Source: Oligoflexales bacterium
Lineage (GTDB): Bacteria; Bdellovibrionota_B; Oligoflexia; Oligoflexales; CAIYRB01
NCBI GenBank assembly: GCA_041736175.1
Contig: JBGSUI010000190.1
Coordinates: forward strand, 1 to 21,990
Length of the DNA stretch: 21,990 nucleotides
Reading direction: 5' to 3'
Below are positions 1 to 8,705 of the stretch, piece by piece. Position 1 is the stretch's first letter, and each line of letters opens with the position of its first letter. The notes beneath the pieces are model-generated. The model had not been told where the DNA came from, ran no database searches, and saw nothing but the letters and a program-made list of their open reading frames with translations. Position numbers and translations under genes: made by a program.

Positions 1-78
1 ATGAAATTAGTTAAAAAAATCAGAGAGATAGAGGACGAATTTTGGGAAAATGAGTCTAAAATTGATGAGATTGAATAA
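1..78 (+). CDS. Probable 3' end of an ORF truncated by the window edge (MKLVKKIREIEDEFWENESKIDEIE*)
   Basis: Open frame from base 1 to TAA at 76-78, AT-rich, followed by a terminator-like hairpin; product not identifiable. Confidence 0.35.
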   Translation: MKLVKKIREIEDEFWENESKIDEIE

Positions 79-159
79 AAACTTTCATTATACCACGGAA
101 AAAACTAAAATCTATCTTTTCATGTGCGTAGACCTATAGCACCGATTTTTGAGTTTCCG

Positions 160-185
160 CCCCTGGAAAAACCAGGGGGCTTTTT
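160..185 (+). terminator. Rho-independent terminator-like hairpin
   Basis: CCCCTGG-AAAAA-CCAGGGG 7-bp stem followed by GC-TTTTT. Confidence 0.55.
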
Positions 186-551
186 CGAGTCGTCCCTCCA
201 CCCAGTCTTAGGACCTCTCTTCCTTCCCGCATCCCTCACCCGACGCCTCTAGACCTGATTCCACAACAGCCACGGGTCCGAATATCTGCGTTCCTACAGG
301 CCAGCTTTCCTTGCCCTTTATTAGCACACAGGCGTTCTAGTCAAATCGAATGGTCGTTCCATAAGCGCCTCAGGAACGACGACTTTTTCGTGCTTCCTAT
401 AATTGGTACCTTCTAGATTGCCCGTAGATTTCCAGGGACTTTTGCAGCCATTACCAAGGATTTCGGTCATCTCTTTGACAATTAAGTGGACAGGGGTTAC
501 CTGTGGTCCAGCGGGATTATAGGTCTTGATCTCAAAATGGGTAGATACATT

Positions 552-1262
552 TTATGAAAGTAGTTTCTCATAACCTTCGGCATCTTTAACCTTTGGTCGC
601 TCTTTAATGATCAGGGTGAGATAGCTTAAGGGGTCAATTCCATTTGCCTTACAGGTTTCAATGAGGCTGTACAAGGTGGCACTGGCATGGGCACCATTCT
701 GGCTCGCCGCGAAAAGCCAATTTTTTCGGACGATTGTAAATGGACGTATATGTGCTTCCATATAATTGTTGTCGATAGGGACCCGAGCGTCGCTAGCGTA
801 ATAGACGATTTTTTCCACTGGTCTAGGGCATAGGAAATGGCCTTTCCGGTAGGGCAACTTGCCAGTACTTTTGTCGCAGCGTCAAGGAGCCAGGCTTTTA
901 ATGCATTAAGGATGGGCAGAGATTTTTTTTTGGCGAGTCTCCAAGATCGCTTCAAAAGTCATGCCAGCCAAACTGGCCTCTATAGCGTATAAGGACCTAA
1001 TCAACTCCAGAGCACTCAAAAGGCGATGATCGATGTGGCATCTTTGGCCACTTTTTGCGCCCATTTTTCTGCTAACCAGAATTTTCTCCTAACATGAGCT
1101 ATACAGCCAGCCAGTATAAAGGCACCATCTTATGCTAAGCTTTCATCAACATTGTAGCCATCGCAGACGACGACGCCCGTAAAACCATGAATAAGTTCGC
1201 CCGCTGCTTTCTTATTCCTGTTTTCATAGTAACGATACAGGATGATGGGCTGCGGACCTGGC
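552..1262 (-). pseudogene. tnpC: IS66-family transposase (TnpC) remnant, 5'-truncated, with nonsense and frameshift lesions
   Basis: Manual translation gives PIILYRYYENRNKKAAGELIHGFTGVVVCDGY...*...LAGCIAHVRRKF (stop at 1130-1132), then LKAWL...GKAISYALDQW (626..955 ORF), then after a frameshift near 809-814 IDNNYMEAHIRPFTIVRKNWLF...LYSLIETCKANGIDP; these are all IS66 TnpC signatures. Confidence 0.92.
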
Positions 1263-1312
1263 TATAACACATCTGATAAAAAGGCTGTCGCCCAAAAGGA
1301 GACGCACTCAAA

Positions 1313-1663
1313 TCAAATACTAGGGAGAAACACTCCCTCCTCTTTCACCACGGCATAAAGACCACCCAGTTGGGATCTTTTTTCGAAAAGGTCTTGGTCA
1401 ATCACTAGGCAATCCACTGGCCAACTGATAAGGCGAGAGAGCTGATTGAGAGCCCTTTGGGTAGCTTTTACCTGATCCTGTCTATCGACGATCACAACGA
1501 CGTCCAAGTCTGAAGCTGTAGTCATTTCACGTCGTGCTGCTGAGCCAAAAAGGATAATATGGCGCGACTTAGCAAGCTCCAAAATCAGTCGATGTAGGTT
1601 GCTAATGAGTTCTACTTGATCAGAGATCGAGAGTTTGCTTGCGAGGATGTTTCCATATCCCAT
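1313..1663 (-). CDS. Minimal nucleotidyltransferase (MNT) domain protein, antitoxin-like partner of HEPN
   Basis: ILFGSAARREMTTASDLDVVVI matches the Pol-beta GS-x10-DxD motif; 116 aa; 10 bp downstream of a HEPN gene. Confidence 0.9.
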   Translation of the reverse strand: MGYGNILASKLSISDQVELISNLHRLILELAKSRHIILFGSAARREMTTASDLDVVVIVDRQDQVKATQRALNQLSRLISWPVDCLVIDQDLFEKRSQLGGLYAVVKEEGVFLPSI

Positions 1664-1673
1664 GGGGCACCTA

Positions 1674-2078
1674 TTATGGAGTGATTTGTTTACGGGCCCA
1701 TTCTAAGACCTCATCCGCAAGGCTTAAGGCAGTTAAGTGTTCCTCCTGGGTGATCTCATAAACACCTTCTTCGTACCGCTTAACAGTTGCGTAAGGTGTG
1801 AGATCGGAAAGGGAGTAGCCTCCGGGCGGGCTAAGATTGTCCGGAAGTTTGGCTACCAATATTCCTGCGTCATGGACGAGGGGGACTGGAATTCCTTTAT
1901 CACAAAGGACTGCCTTTAATGCTTTTTCGATGCTTTGTTGGGCATGGTAAATGCTGTTTTCGGCCCTACCTCCATGCTGGGCAAGAATCTTAGCGGAGGC
2001 GAGGTCAGCCACTGCAATCCGGAGGAGCTCCGCACTATATTCTTTCTTAAAAAGTTTCTCAATTTTTCTAGGTGACAT
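1674..2078 (-). CDS. HEPN domain protein
   Basis: DLxxA...YHAQQSIEKALKA...HD...L.PYA...RY pattern typical of HEPN proteins paired with MNT. Confidence 0.9.
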   Translation of the reverse strand: MSPRKIEKLFKKEYSAELLRIAVADLASAKILAQHGGRAENSIYHAQQSIEKALKAVLCDKGIPVPLVHDAGILVAKLPDNLSPPGGYSLSDLTPYATVKRYEEGVYEITQEEHLTALSLADEVLEWARKQITP

Positions 2079-2123
2079 TAGACCTACCTACGAAAAGAGA
2101 TGGAGACTCCAGACCTAAGTGGA

Positions 2124-2152
2124 AATTTAACGCGAATATCCCGAATTAACAA
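2124..2152 (-). promoter_or_regulatory. Putative sigma70 promoter for the HEPN-MNT operon
   Basis: Minus strand TTGTTA (2152-2147), 17-bp spacer, TAAATT (2129-2124), about 45 bp upstream of the HEPN ATG. Confidence 0.4.
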
Positions 2153-2175
2153 GTGATTTCTAATGTTTCCTAAAG

Positions 2176-2216
2176 CAAGAGATCCACGTTGACCGAGGTG
2201 CCTCGTAGATCTCTTG
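2176..2216 (-). terminator. Stem-loop downstream of the subtilase gene, possible terminator
   Basis: CAAGAGATC-T-ACG ... CGT-G-GATCTCTTG (13-bp stem with one G-U pair on the minus strand) followed by CTTT; the U-tract is short. Confidence 0.4.
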
Positions 2217-2240
2217 TTGCGTCCTTAAATCAAGGGGGAC

Positions 2241-3605
2241 CTAAAAGATGGAAGGCTGGAAGATGGGACCTAAAAACTGGGGTGTGAGGTCTAATTCTAT
2301 CGATATAAGGGATTTGGGCAGATTTAACAGTGCCTGGTCGATGGAAGCCTGGATGTCTTTGGTCAGAGTGTACCCGCCAGCGAGGATGGCCCGCTCGCGG
2401 TTGACCTTTCCGTAGGCGGTCTGGTGCTCATTTGAGGGCGGCAGGGAGTCGGCGGTCTCTAAGATTATTTTTTTGAGTTCCACCGGTGTCAGAGCGGGGT
2501 TTAGATCGAGCAACTCCCCAGCTAGGCCTGCGACGTAAGGAGCTGCTTGGCTTGTGCCGCTTAAGGGTAAACGTCGCTGATCCGGGACAGCGGAATCAAT
2601 GCCAACTCCAGGGGCGGCTACGGAGACCTTTTGGCCATAATTTGAGAAGGGTGCGAGGTTACCTTTGGAGTTTGTCGCTGCCACTGAGATGACATTTGGA
2701 TGGTCAATGGAAGCAGGTGCGGTGGGATAGAGGTCGTTGTTGGAGCCATCATTGCCGGCAGCAAAAACAAACAAAGTGTTTGGAGCTCTGAGGACGATTT
2801 TTTTCTGGGTGCGGCTCACTTCTTTAAGGAAGTAGGTGATGATTTCATTGAGGAGGCTCTCACTGGGTGGTTGGCCTTGATTCGCGAGGGTCAGCAGCGG
2901 TGTGAGTAACATCCTCGCTTGGGTCGGTCCAAGTCCTAGGGAGGCATTGGCGATTTGGGCGCCATAATCATTGACGATACGACCGACTTCTCCAAAAAGT
3001 TCACCTTGGGCTTCGGCTAGAAGCGTTAAGGCAAATTTAATGATGTTTTTGACGATCCAATTGATCTCCTTGCCCTCAGCGAGGGAGGCTTTAATATCGG
3101 ATTCCATGTTTGCAAAAGGGGATGTGGTTGGAATGAGTTTAATCGTTATTAGCTGGTTTTTGCTACTGACCGCTGCGGAGACGCCTGCCACATGGGTGCC
3201 ATGGGCATAGTTGGCATAGGTGGTAATGTTTTTCAGAAACTTAGGGTCTTTGGTTTTAGACTTAAGATATTCAAGATCTTCAGGCGTTGCTAAGCCCTCG
3301 ATGGCTTTTGCTTGGAGGGTGAAAAATTTGGCGATATCTTCGCTGTAAAGCCGGCCAAAGGAATAGTCGATAATTTTGCCATTTTGCTCGATAAAATTAA
3401 TGCCGTTAACATCATCGACGATCCCGTTGCCATCATCGTCGCGACCATCTACAGTAGGATCCTTTTGGTTGGTCCAAACCTGATCTTTTAGATCTTTATG
3501 CTGGTAGTCCAAACCGCTGTCGATGATTGCAATGGTCGAGCCTAAGGATAAAGGCGTGACAGCAAACAGAGTGCTCACTAAAAACAATGATCTTATGGGA
3601 TGCAT
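2241..3605 (-). CDS. Secreted S8 family (subtilisin-like) serine peptidase
   Basis: Signal-peptide-like N-terminus; catalytic triad motifs IAIIDSG, HGTHVAG and GTSQA; oxyanion AAGN; DDDGNGIVDD Ca-binding-type loop. Confidence 0.95.
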   Translation of the reverse strand: MHPIRSLFLVSTLFAVTPLSLGSTIAIIDSGLDYQHKDLKDQVWTNQKDPTVDGRDDDGNGIVDDVNGINFIEQNGKIIDYSFGRLYSEDIAKFFTLQAKAIEGLATPEDLEYLKSKTKDPKFLKNITTYANYAHGTHVAGVSAAVSSKNQLITIKLIPTTSPFANMESDIKASLAEGKEINWIVKNIIKFALTLLAEAQGELFGEVGRIVNDYGAQIANASLGLGPTQARMLLTPLLTLANQGQPPSESLLNEIITYFLKEVSRTQKKIVLRAPNTLFVFAAGNDGSNNDLYPTAPASIDHPNVISVAATNSKGNLAPFSNYGQKVSVAAPGVGIDSAVPDQRRLPLSGTSQAAPYVAGLAGELLDLNPALTPVELKKIILETADSLPPSNEHQTAYGKVNRERAILAGGYTLTKDIQASIDQALLNLPKSLISIELDLTPQFLGPIFQPSIF

Positions 3606-3692
3606 GTTTTCCCCCTGGAAAATGAGTTTTCAGAATCTTATTGATTATCCGTAGGGATCTTAACATTTTCTTTTTGTAAAATCTTTAAAAAA

Positions 3693-5324
3693 TTAATTTG
3701 ACCTTAGGCTCTGGAAGAGCTGGTAGGGATTTTTTTTAAGATAAATAAGGAGTCCACCCGCAAAGGAGAGGCAGCAAATCAAACTACTGCAACACAATAG
3801 AAAGCCTTTCTGGAGCCAGAGTGGCAAGCCAGCGAAGCCTTCGTAATGGGCGAGTGGGACGAACCATTCGCTCCTTAAAAAGCCCATGCCTAAACCGCCG
3901 AAGGCTGCAGCGAATGCCAAACTACAAAGACATCGTAAGAATTTGCGCCGATCAATTTGAATCCCTCGACCAGTCATTCCCCAAATCATAGGCACCAAGG
4001 ACACCCCTTGGGTTAAGGAATATCCCCAGGCTAAACCCACATGCCCGAAGCGGTCGACCATGATCCAGTTAGCAAGGAGATTGAGTGAAATGTTTCCAAA
4101 ACTGACAAAGAATGCAAACTTGGTCCTTTCAAAGGCAAAATAAAAAGAGGTCATAACCCTGGAAAGGCCATAGCTGATGGTAGCAAAACTATAGGCAAAG
4201 AGAGCTCGCGAGGTTTGATAACTATCTTCGACTCCGAATTTGCCTGATTGGTAAAGACAGGCCACCAAGTCTTGATGGTTAACAAGCAAGAAAACAAAAC
4301 AGGGCGTCATCAACCAAAGAACCATTTCGACAGCCTTTTGAATCTCCTGGCTAGCAGACTGGTTAGCGATCCCGCCCGTCGAAGCAAGGGCACGGCTGAG
4401 AGAGGGTAGCACGGCAGCGCTGATGGCGATTCCAAATAGGCCAACAGGTAGGTGGAGGAGTCTAAAAGCTGAGTCAAGCCAGACCACAGCGCTGGGACCT
4501 TGGGTGGTCGCAAAATAGTTGTTAACAACGGTTTTGATCTGGCCTCCCCCAGCGGCTAAGGCCATGGGTGCCATGAGGAGGAGCATATGCTTTACATCGG
4601 GAGTCCAGGGGTTTCGGAATCCAGTCTTTTTAAGATTTAAAAAGCCCTGGTAGAGGTCTTGTCGCAAATCGTAGGACTGGGCTATAAGCTGGCCAAGGCC
4701 ACCCAGGAGCACACCGATGGCAAGCCCCGTGATGGTTTTTGGAGCGATCCACCGAGCAATCCAGTCGCCTCCATAGGTTTCCAGTAAAGGCGAAAAATAT
4801 AGAGCTCCGGTGATATTCATCATATTGAAAAACACAGGAGACGATGAGGACACAAAAAAAGAACCTTTCTTGTGGAGTGCCCCTGAGATGATGGCCCCTA
4901 AACTCATAAAGGTTAAAAAGGGAAAGAGGATCCGTGTGAGACCCGTCGCGGTCATAATCAGGGATTGACCGCTATCAGCTTCTGAGGTCATCAGACGGAC
5001 CATCATTGGTGCTGCCAGGATTCCGATGGCGCAGATAAAAATCGAAGACAGTCCTACAAGGATAAGCGAGTCTATCAGGAGTCGTTTGGCTCTTTCGGGA
5101 TCCTGGGAATCGAGGCCTGAGTATACTTTAGTGAAAGAGCTACCGAGAGCTCCTTCAGCAAGCATCTCTCGGAGCATATTGGGAATGCGAAAGGCAATGA
5201 TAAATCCACTCATCATCTCGCTGGTGCCAAAGACCGACAGTAGCGTGCGGTCACGAAAAAGGCCGGTCAATCGGCTTAAGAGCGTTCCGGCGGCGAACCA
5301 CAGGCTTGAACGAGCAAGAGACAT
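3693..5324 (-). CDS. murJ: Lipid II flippase MurJ (MviN)
   Basis: TLLSRLTGLFRD...AFRIPNMLREMLAEGAL motif, RLLHLPVGLFG, many TM helices; ATG at 5324 preferred over TTG at 5342. Confidence 0.95.
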   Translation of the reverse strand: MSLARSSLWFAAGTLLSRLTGLFRDRTLLSVFGTSEMMSGFIIAFRIPNMLREMLAEGALGSSFTKVYSGLDSQDPERAKRLLIDSLILVGLSSIFICAIGILAAPMMVRLMTSEADSGQSLIMTATGLTRILFPFLTFMSLGAIISGALHKKGSFFVSSSSPVFFNMMNITGALYFSPLLETYGGDWIARWIAPKTITGLAIGVLLGGLGQLIAQSYDLRQDLYQGFLNLKKTGFRNPWTPDVKHMLLLMAPMALAAGGGQIKTVVNNYFATTQGPSAVVWLDSAFRLLHLPVGLFGIAISAAVLPSLSRALASTGGIANQSASQEIQKAVEMVLWLMTPCFVFLLVNHQDLVACLYQSGKFGVEDSYQTSRALFAYSFATISYGLSRVMTSFYFAFERTKFAFFVSFGNISLNLLANWIMVDRFGHVGLAWGYSLTQGVSLVPMIWGMTGRGIQIDRRKFLRCLCSLAFAAAFGGLGMGFLRSEWFVPLAHYEGFAGLPLWLQKGFLLCCSSLICCLSFAGGLLIYLKKNPYQLFQSLRSN

Positions 5325-5438
5325 AGATCTCACTTTGACCAAAATCGAGACAAGGCAAACAATGGTCAGCCCATTCTCCGATCTTAGTATTAAAATGTCA
5401 ATCGAGCTTCGTTGGTCGTGGTCATGGTAGATGCTTGG

Positions 5439-6404
5439 TCAAAAATAGGTTTGAATTCCAATTTTTGAGATCCAGGTACCAAGTTGGTATTGTCGGCTTG
5501 TGGCGAGCCCATCTGTTCTTAAGTCAAAACTAGCATAGTCCTCCGCATCCCCAATGGAAACCTGGGCCTGCTCGATATCGACACCAAGCTCAAAGGTAGA
5601 ATGGGATGTAAGCACCCACGATCCGCTGAGTTCTGCTGTATTGATGGAGGACCGACTGGAAGGTAGTTCTTTGCCACCCCAAAAAAGTTCTTGGGAAAAA
5701 CCGAATTTTGGTTGGATCCCCACTCCACTGCTGATCAGTAGCGAAAATGTTTGCCAAGTGAGGTCTGCTTGGAGGGTCACCATTGGGGACTCTATAAAGT
5801 GAGCGCTGGAGATATAGCCAAAGCTGCTGCGTCGGTAATCGAGGCTTGTGGACCAATGGGTGCGGACGGTTCCTAAGCCAAACTGGCCAGTACCTAGCCC
5901 TAAAGCTGTACCGAGGGTCACTCGAGAGTATGAGGAATTGATGGTATCATCAGGGCCCGTTTGAGCACTCATAGTCAGAATCGACCCACGAATCACGGTC
6001 CAGGAAAGGGTATTTGCATTTTTTTTGGCACTGAGTCGTGACTGGTAGATGGTCTCACCCGTTAAATAGAGTGGGATTCCAAAATGATCGGCATTTTCTT
6101 CGCCCACGGGTTTTCCGTCGATTCTCGTGCCGATTTCGGGGTTGATTGGGACTTGGATATCTTGGAACTGACCCATTCCCGATCCAAAGGCTACTACCGT
6201 AAAAAAGATTTTTTCTTTCTCTATAGGAAACCGGGGTGGAGAGTTGTCTGGGAAGAGAGAAAATTTTTGGACTCTCTTCCCGTTTTGCTGTTGAGCAGAC
6301 AGGTTTTGAGACCACATAAAAACAGTAAAAAGAGCAAAAGCGCCATGAAAAAAAGCAAGCAAACGATGGCAAACTTTTTCCATCTTTATGGACTGGACTT
6401 CCAT
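5439..6404 (-). CDS. Hypothetical exported protein, probable outer-membrane beta-barrel
   Basis: Signal-peptide-like N-terminus (..NLSA/QQ), alternating hydrophobic/polar strands, C-terminal WISKIGIQTYF resembling a BamA beta-signal with terminal Phe. Confidence 0.6.
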   Translation of the reverse strand: MEVQSIKMEKVCHRLLAFFHGAFALFTVFMWSQNLSAQQQNGKRVQKFSLFPDNSPPRFPIEKEKIFFTVVAFGSGMGQFQDIQVPINPEIGTRIDGKPVGEENADHFGIPLYLTGETIYQSRLSAKKNANTLSWTVIRGSILTMSAQTGPDDTINSSYSRVTLGTALGLGTGQFGLGTVRTHWSTSLDYRRSSFGYISSAHFIESPMVTLQADLTWQTFSLLISSGVGIQPKFGFSQELFWGGKELPSSRSSINTAELSGSWVLTSHSTFELGVDIEQAQVSIGDAEDYASFDLRTDGLATSRQYQLGTWISKIGIQTYF

Positions 6405-6635
6405 TTAAAAACTCCACGACAGCAGCAACAACAGTTCAGCAATAAGAAAGCAGCAACATACAACAATCAGGTAGGACAAAGGAAATCAAAATATTTTTAG
6501 GATGCCTTACGGCATCCGCAGAGTTACCAGCAAAGAGTGTTCCAAAGATGATGGAAACAGAAAACCGAGCATAAAAGCGGCCCAAAGAGATCTCACCCTG
6601 GCTAACCAGTGGGCACCTGTATAGAAAGTATACAG

Positions 6636-8705
6636 CTAAAATGGCGCTGCCTTCTCGGTCTTATGGGGGGACTTTGCAAGGGAATCCCGATCGGTATCTT
6701 CAAAGTACGCTTTAAGCATCGGGATCTTCATGTCTTTTTGCCCCGGACGTTTGATGTCGACGAAGATCCAGTTGGATCCAAGAGACTCTCCCTTATGGGA
6801 GGCGAGAGGGAGTGGGTTTTCCCGATACTTAGCGGGCATGCCCACCAGGAGGGTCTGCATAAAACCGATAGATTGCTGTCTTATGATCTGGGGGGTCTTA
6901 CCGAGGTGTTTGCCACCTTTTTCAGCGCCAATCCAAACAACCTGGATGATTTGGTCGTTAGAGTGAACGACCCAACTATTGCTGAGATCCACTGACGTCC
7001 CCTCGACGACGATGTCTTGGTGATTTGGTAGAGTTATTTGACTAGCATAACCATGAGACCTAGGAAGTTTCGTAAGATGCTCGGTCACTAAGGCGGCTTC
7101 TCTTGTTAGGACTGGTATAGGGCGCCTCTTTGGAGAAGCTTTATAAAGAAGTTGACCCTGAGACGTCTCTACAGATTCTATGAGATAATGTTGCTGGAGT
7201 TTCCCGCCATTTCTAAAAACAGTGAAAGATTCGGCGACTTCTAGAGGCGAGGCGGTCGCACTTTGGGGGTGGAGGCGACTGATGCTAGACTCTAAAAGTT
7301 GTGTTTTGAGTCCGAGTGATTGGAGTTTGTTGACGATAGTGCCTTGTCCGATATTAGCTCCTAGTTGAGCGATATGTGTGTGCTGCCCCGTCAGGATAAG
7401 TTCAATTAGGGATAAGGGAGTTTGGAGGGACGACAAAGATTTACGGTGCTTTTGAGGACTGTCTGTTACCTTAAGGTCGCGCGCGATCCGGGTCCCGAGA
7501 TCTTCGTCGATAAGAGAAATGGGTGTGAGTCCCTGTTCGATAGCTGTGGCCACATAAAAAGGAATGACCAGGGTACCGAGTGGTCTTCTTGTAAATATGC
7601 TTCTATTGAATTGAGAGGTCCCAAAATCCTCACCACCCTGCATCGCCAGCACAGCTCCTGTCTTTCTATCTATGCTTACGACAGCGCCCTGGATCAAGTC
7701 ATGGTTATTTATAGGGTCGTTGATCAGCTCTCTAACAAGATTGAATTGCTTGATCCTAGTGGACATGGATTTTTGGATTGATTTTTGGAGGGCACTATCG
7801 AGTGTGGTTCGGATTTTAAGACCACTCGTCTTTAGTCCTTGAAGTTCGAGCTTTCGGGTCAATTCCTTTTTAACAGCCTCTACAAAGTAAGGTGCTTGGA
7901 TCCAGTGATTTTCCGCGTGATTATAGAATTTAAGAGACTCATGCCTTGCCCGTAAAGCCTTCCTACCAGAAATTACTTTTTTATTTACCATCTGTCCTAA
8001 CACCCAATATTGACGTTTCAGGGCGTTGGAACGATTGCGATGGGGAGCATATTTGGTCGGGCTTTTAGGGATACCCGCTAAGATAGCGGCTTCGGCAAGT
8101 GTCAGATCCTTGGCGTTTTTGCGAAAATAATTACGGGCCGCAGCTTCGATGCCGTAAGAGCGATTGCCTAAGTAAATCCTATTGAGGTAGAGATCGAGGA
8201 TCTCTGATTTGGAATAATTTTTCTCAACTATAATCGCTAAAATAACCTCTTTAAGCTTTCGTTTAAGGGTTCTTTCGTTAGACAGAAAATAGATTCGGAC
8301 GAGCTGTTGAGTAATGGTGCTGGCTCCTTGGCTCATGCCTTGATTCTGCATGTTTTTAATCAAAGCACGGAGGATGGCTTTAAAGTTGATCCCAGAGTGT
8401 TTGTAAAAGGTCTTGTCTTCAGCACATAAAAAGGCATCAATCACCCATTTTGGCAGGTCTTTCGACCGGACAAAGTAACGCCGCTCTATGGAAAGCTCGC
8501 CAATTTTTTCGCCGTTGCGATCAAAAATTTCCGATGCGAGTGGCATGGGCGATGATTTTAAAAGCTTAATTTCTTGAATGGGTTCTTTGAGCTCGGCAAA
8601 AATTCCAATCATCCAGACGCTAAAACTTATGAGGACCGTCATACCTAGGACAACGGACCCTAGGAGAAGTCGGGACAGAAATGGAGCTGAAGGTTTCAAT
8701 GCCAT
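6636..8705 (-). CDS. Class A penicillin-binding protein (PBP1A-like): intact GT51 transglycosylase plus degenerate transpeptidase domain
   Basis: N-terminal TM anchor; GT51 motifs EDKTFYKH, GASTITQQL, RKLKE, EILDLYLN, GIEAAARNYF; TP fold recognisable (TGAVLAMQGG..FNRS) but SxxK, SxN and KTG absent. Confidence 0.92.
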   Translation of the reverse strand: MALKPSAPFLSRLLLGSVVLGMTVLISFSVWMIGIFAELKEPIQEIKLLKSSPMPLASEIFDRNGEKIGELSIERRYFVRSKDLPKWVIDAFLCAEDKTFYKHSGINFKAILRALIKNMQNQGMSQGASTITQQLVRIYFLSNERTLKRKLKEVILAIIVEKNYSKSEILDLYLNRIYLGNRSYGIEAAARNYFRKNAKDLTLAEAAILAGIPKSPTKYAPHRNRSNALKRQYWVLGQMVNKKVISGRKALRARHESLKFYNHAENHWIQAPYFVEAVKKELTRKLELQGLKTSGLKIRTTLDSALQKSIQKSMSTRIKQFNLVRELINDPINNHDLIQGAVVSIDRKTGAVLAMQGGEDFGTSQFNRSIFTRRPLGTLVIPFYVATAIEQGLTPISLIDEDLGTRIARDLKVTDSPQKHRKSLSSLQTPLSLIELILTGQHTHIAQLGANIGQGTIVNKLQSLGLKTQLLESSISRLHPQSATASPLEVAESFTVFRNGGKLQQHYLIESVETSQGQLLYKASPKRRPIPVLTREAALVTEHLTKLPRSHGYASQITLPNHQDIVVEGTSVDLSNSWVVHSNDQIIQVVWIGAEKGGKHLGKTPQIIRQQSIGFMQTLLVGMPAKYRENPLPLASHKGESLGSNWIFVDIKRPGQKDMKIPMLKAYFEDTDRDSLAKSPHKTEKAAPF

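Noticed and set aside
361..380. ATAAGCGCC as an IS66 terminal inverted repeat
   Set aside because: About 190 bp from the transposase end, lies within an open frame and has no partner repeat; the 482 candidate is closer
809..815. Programmed -1 frameshift at the A6 run in IS66 tnpC
   Set aside because: The same gene has in-frame stops and a 5' truncation, so decay explains it more simply
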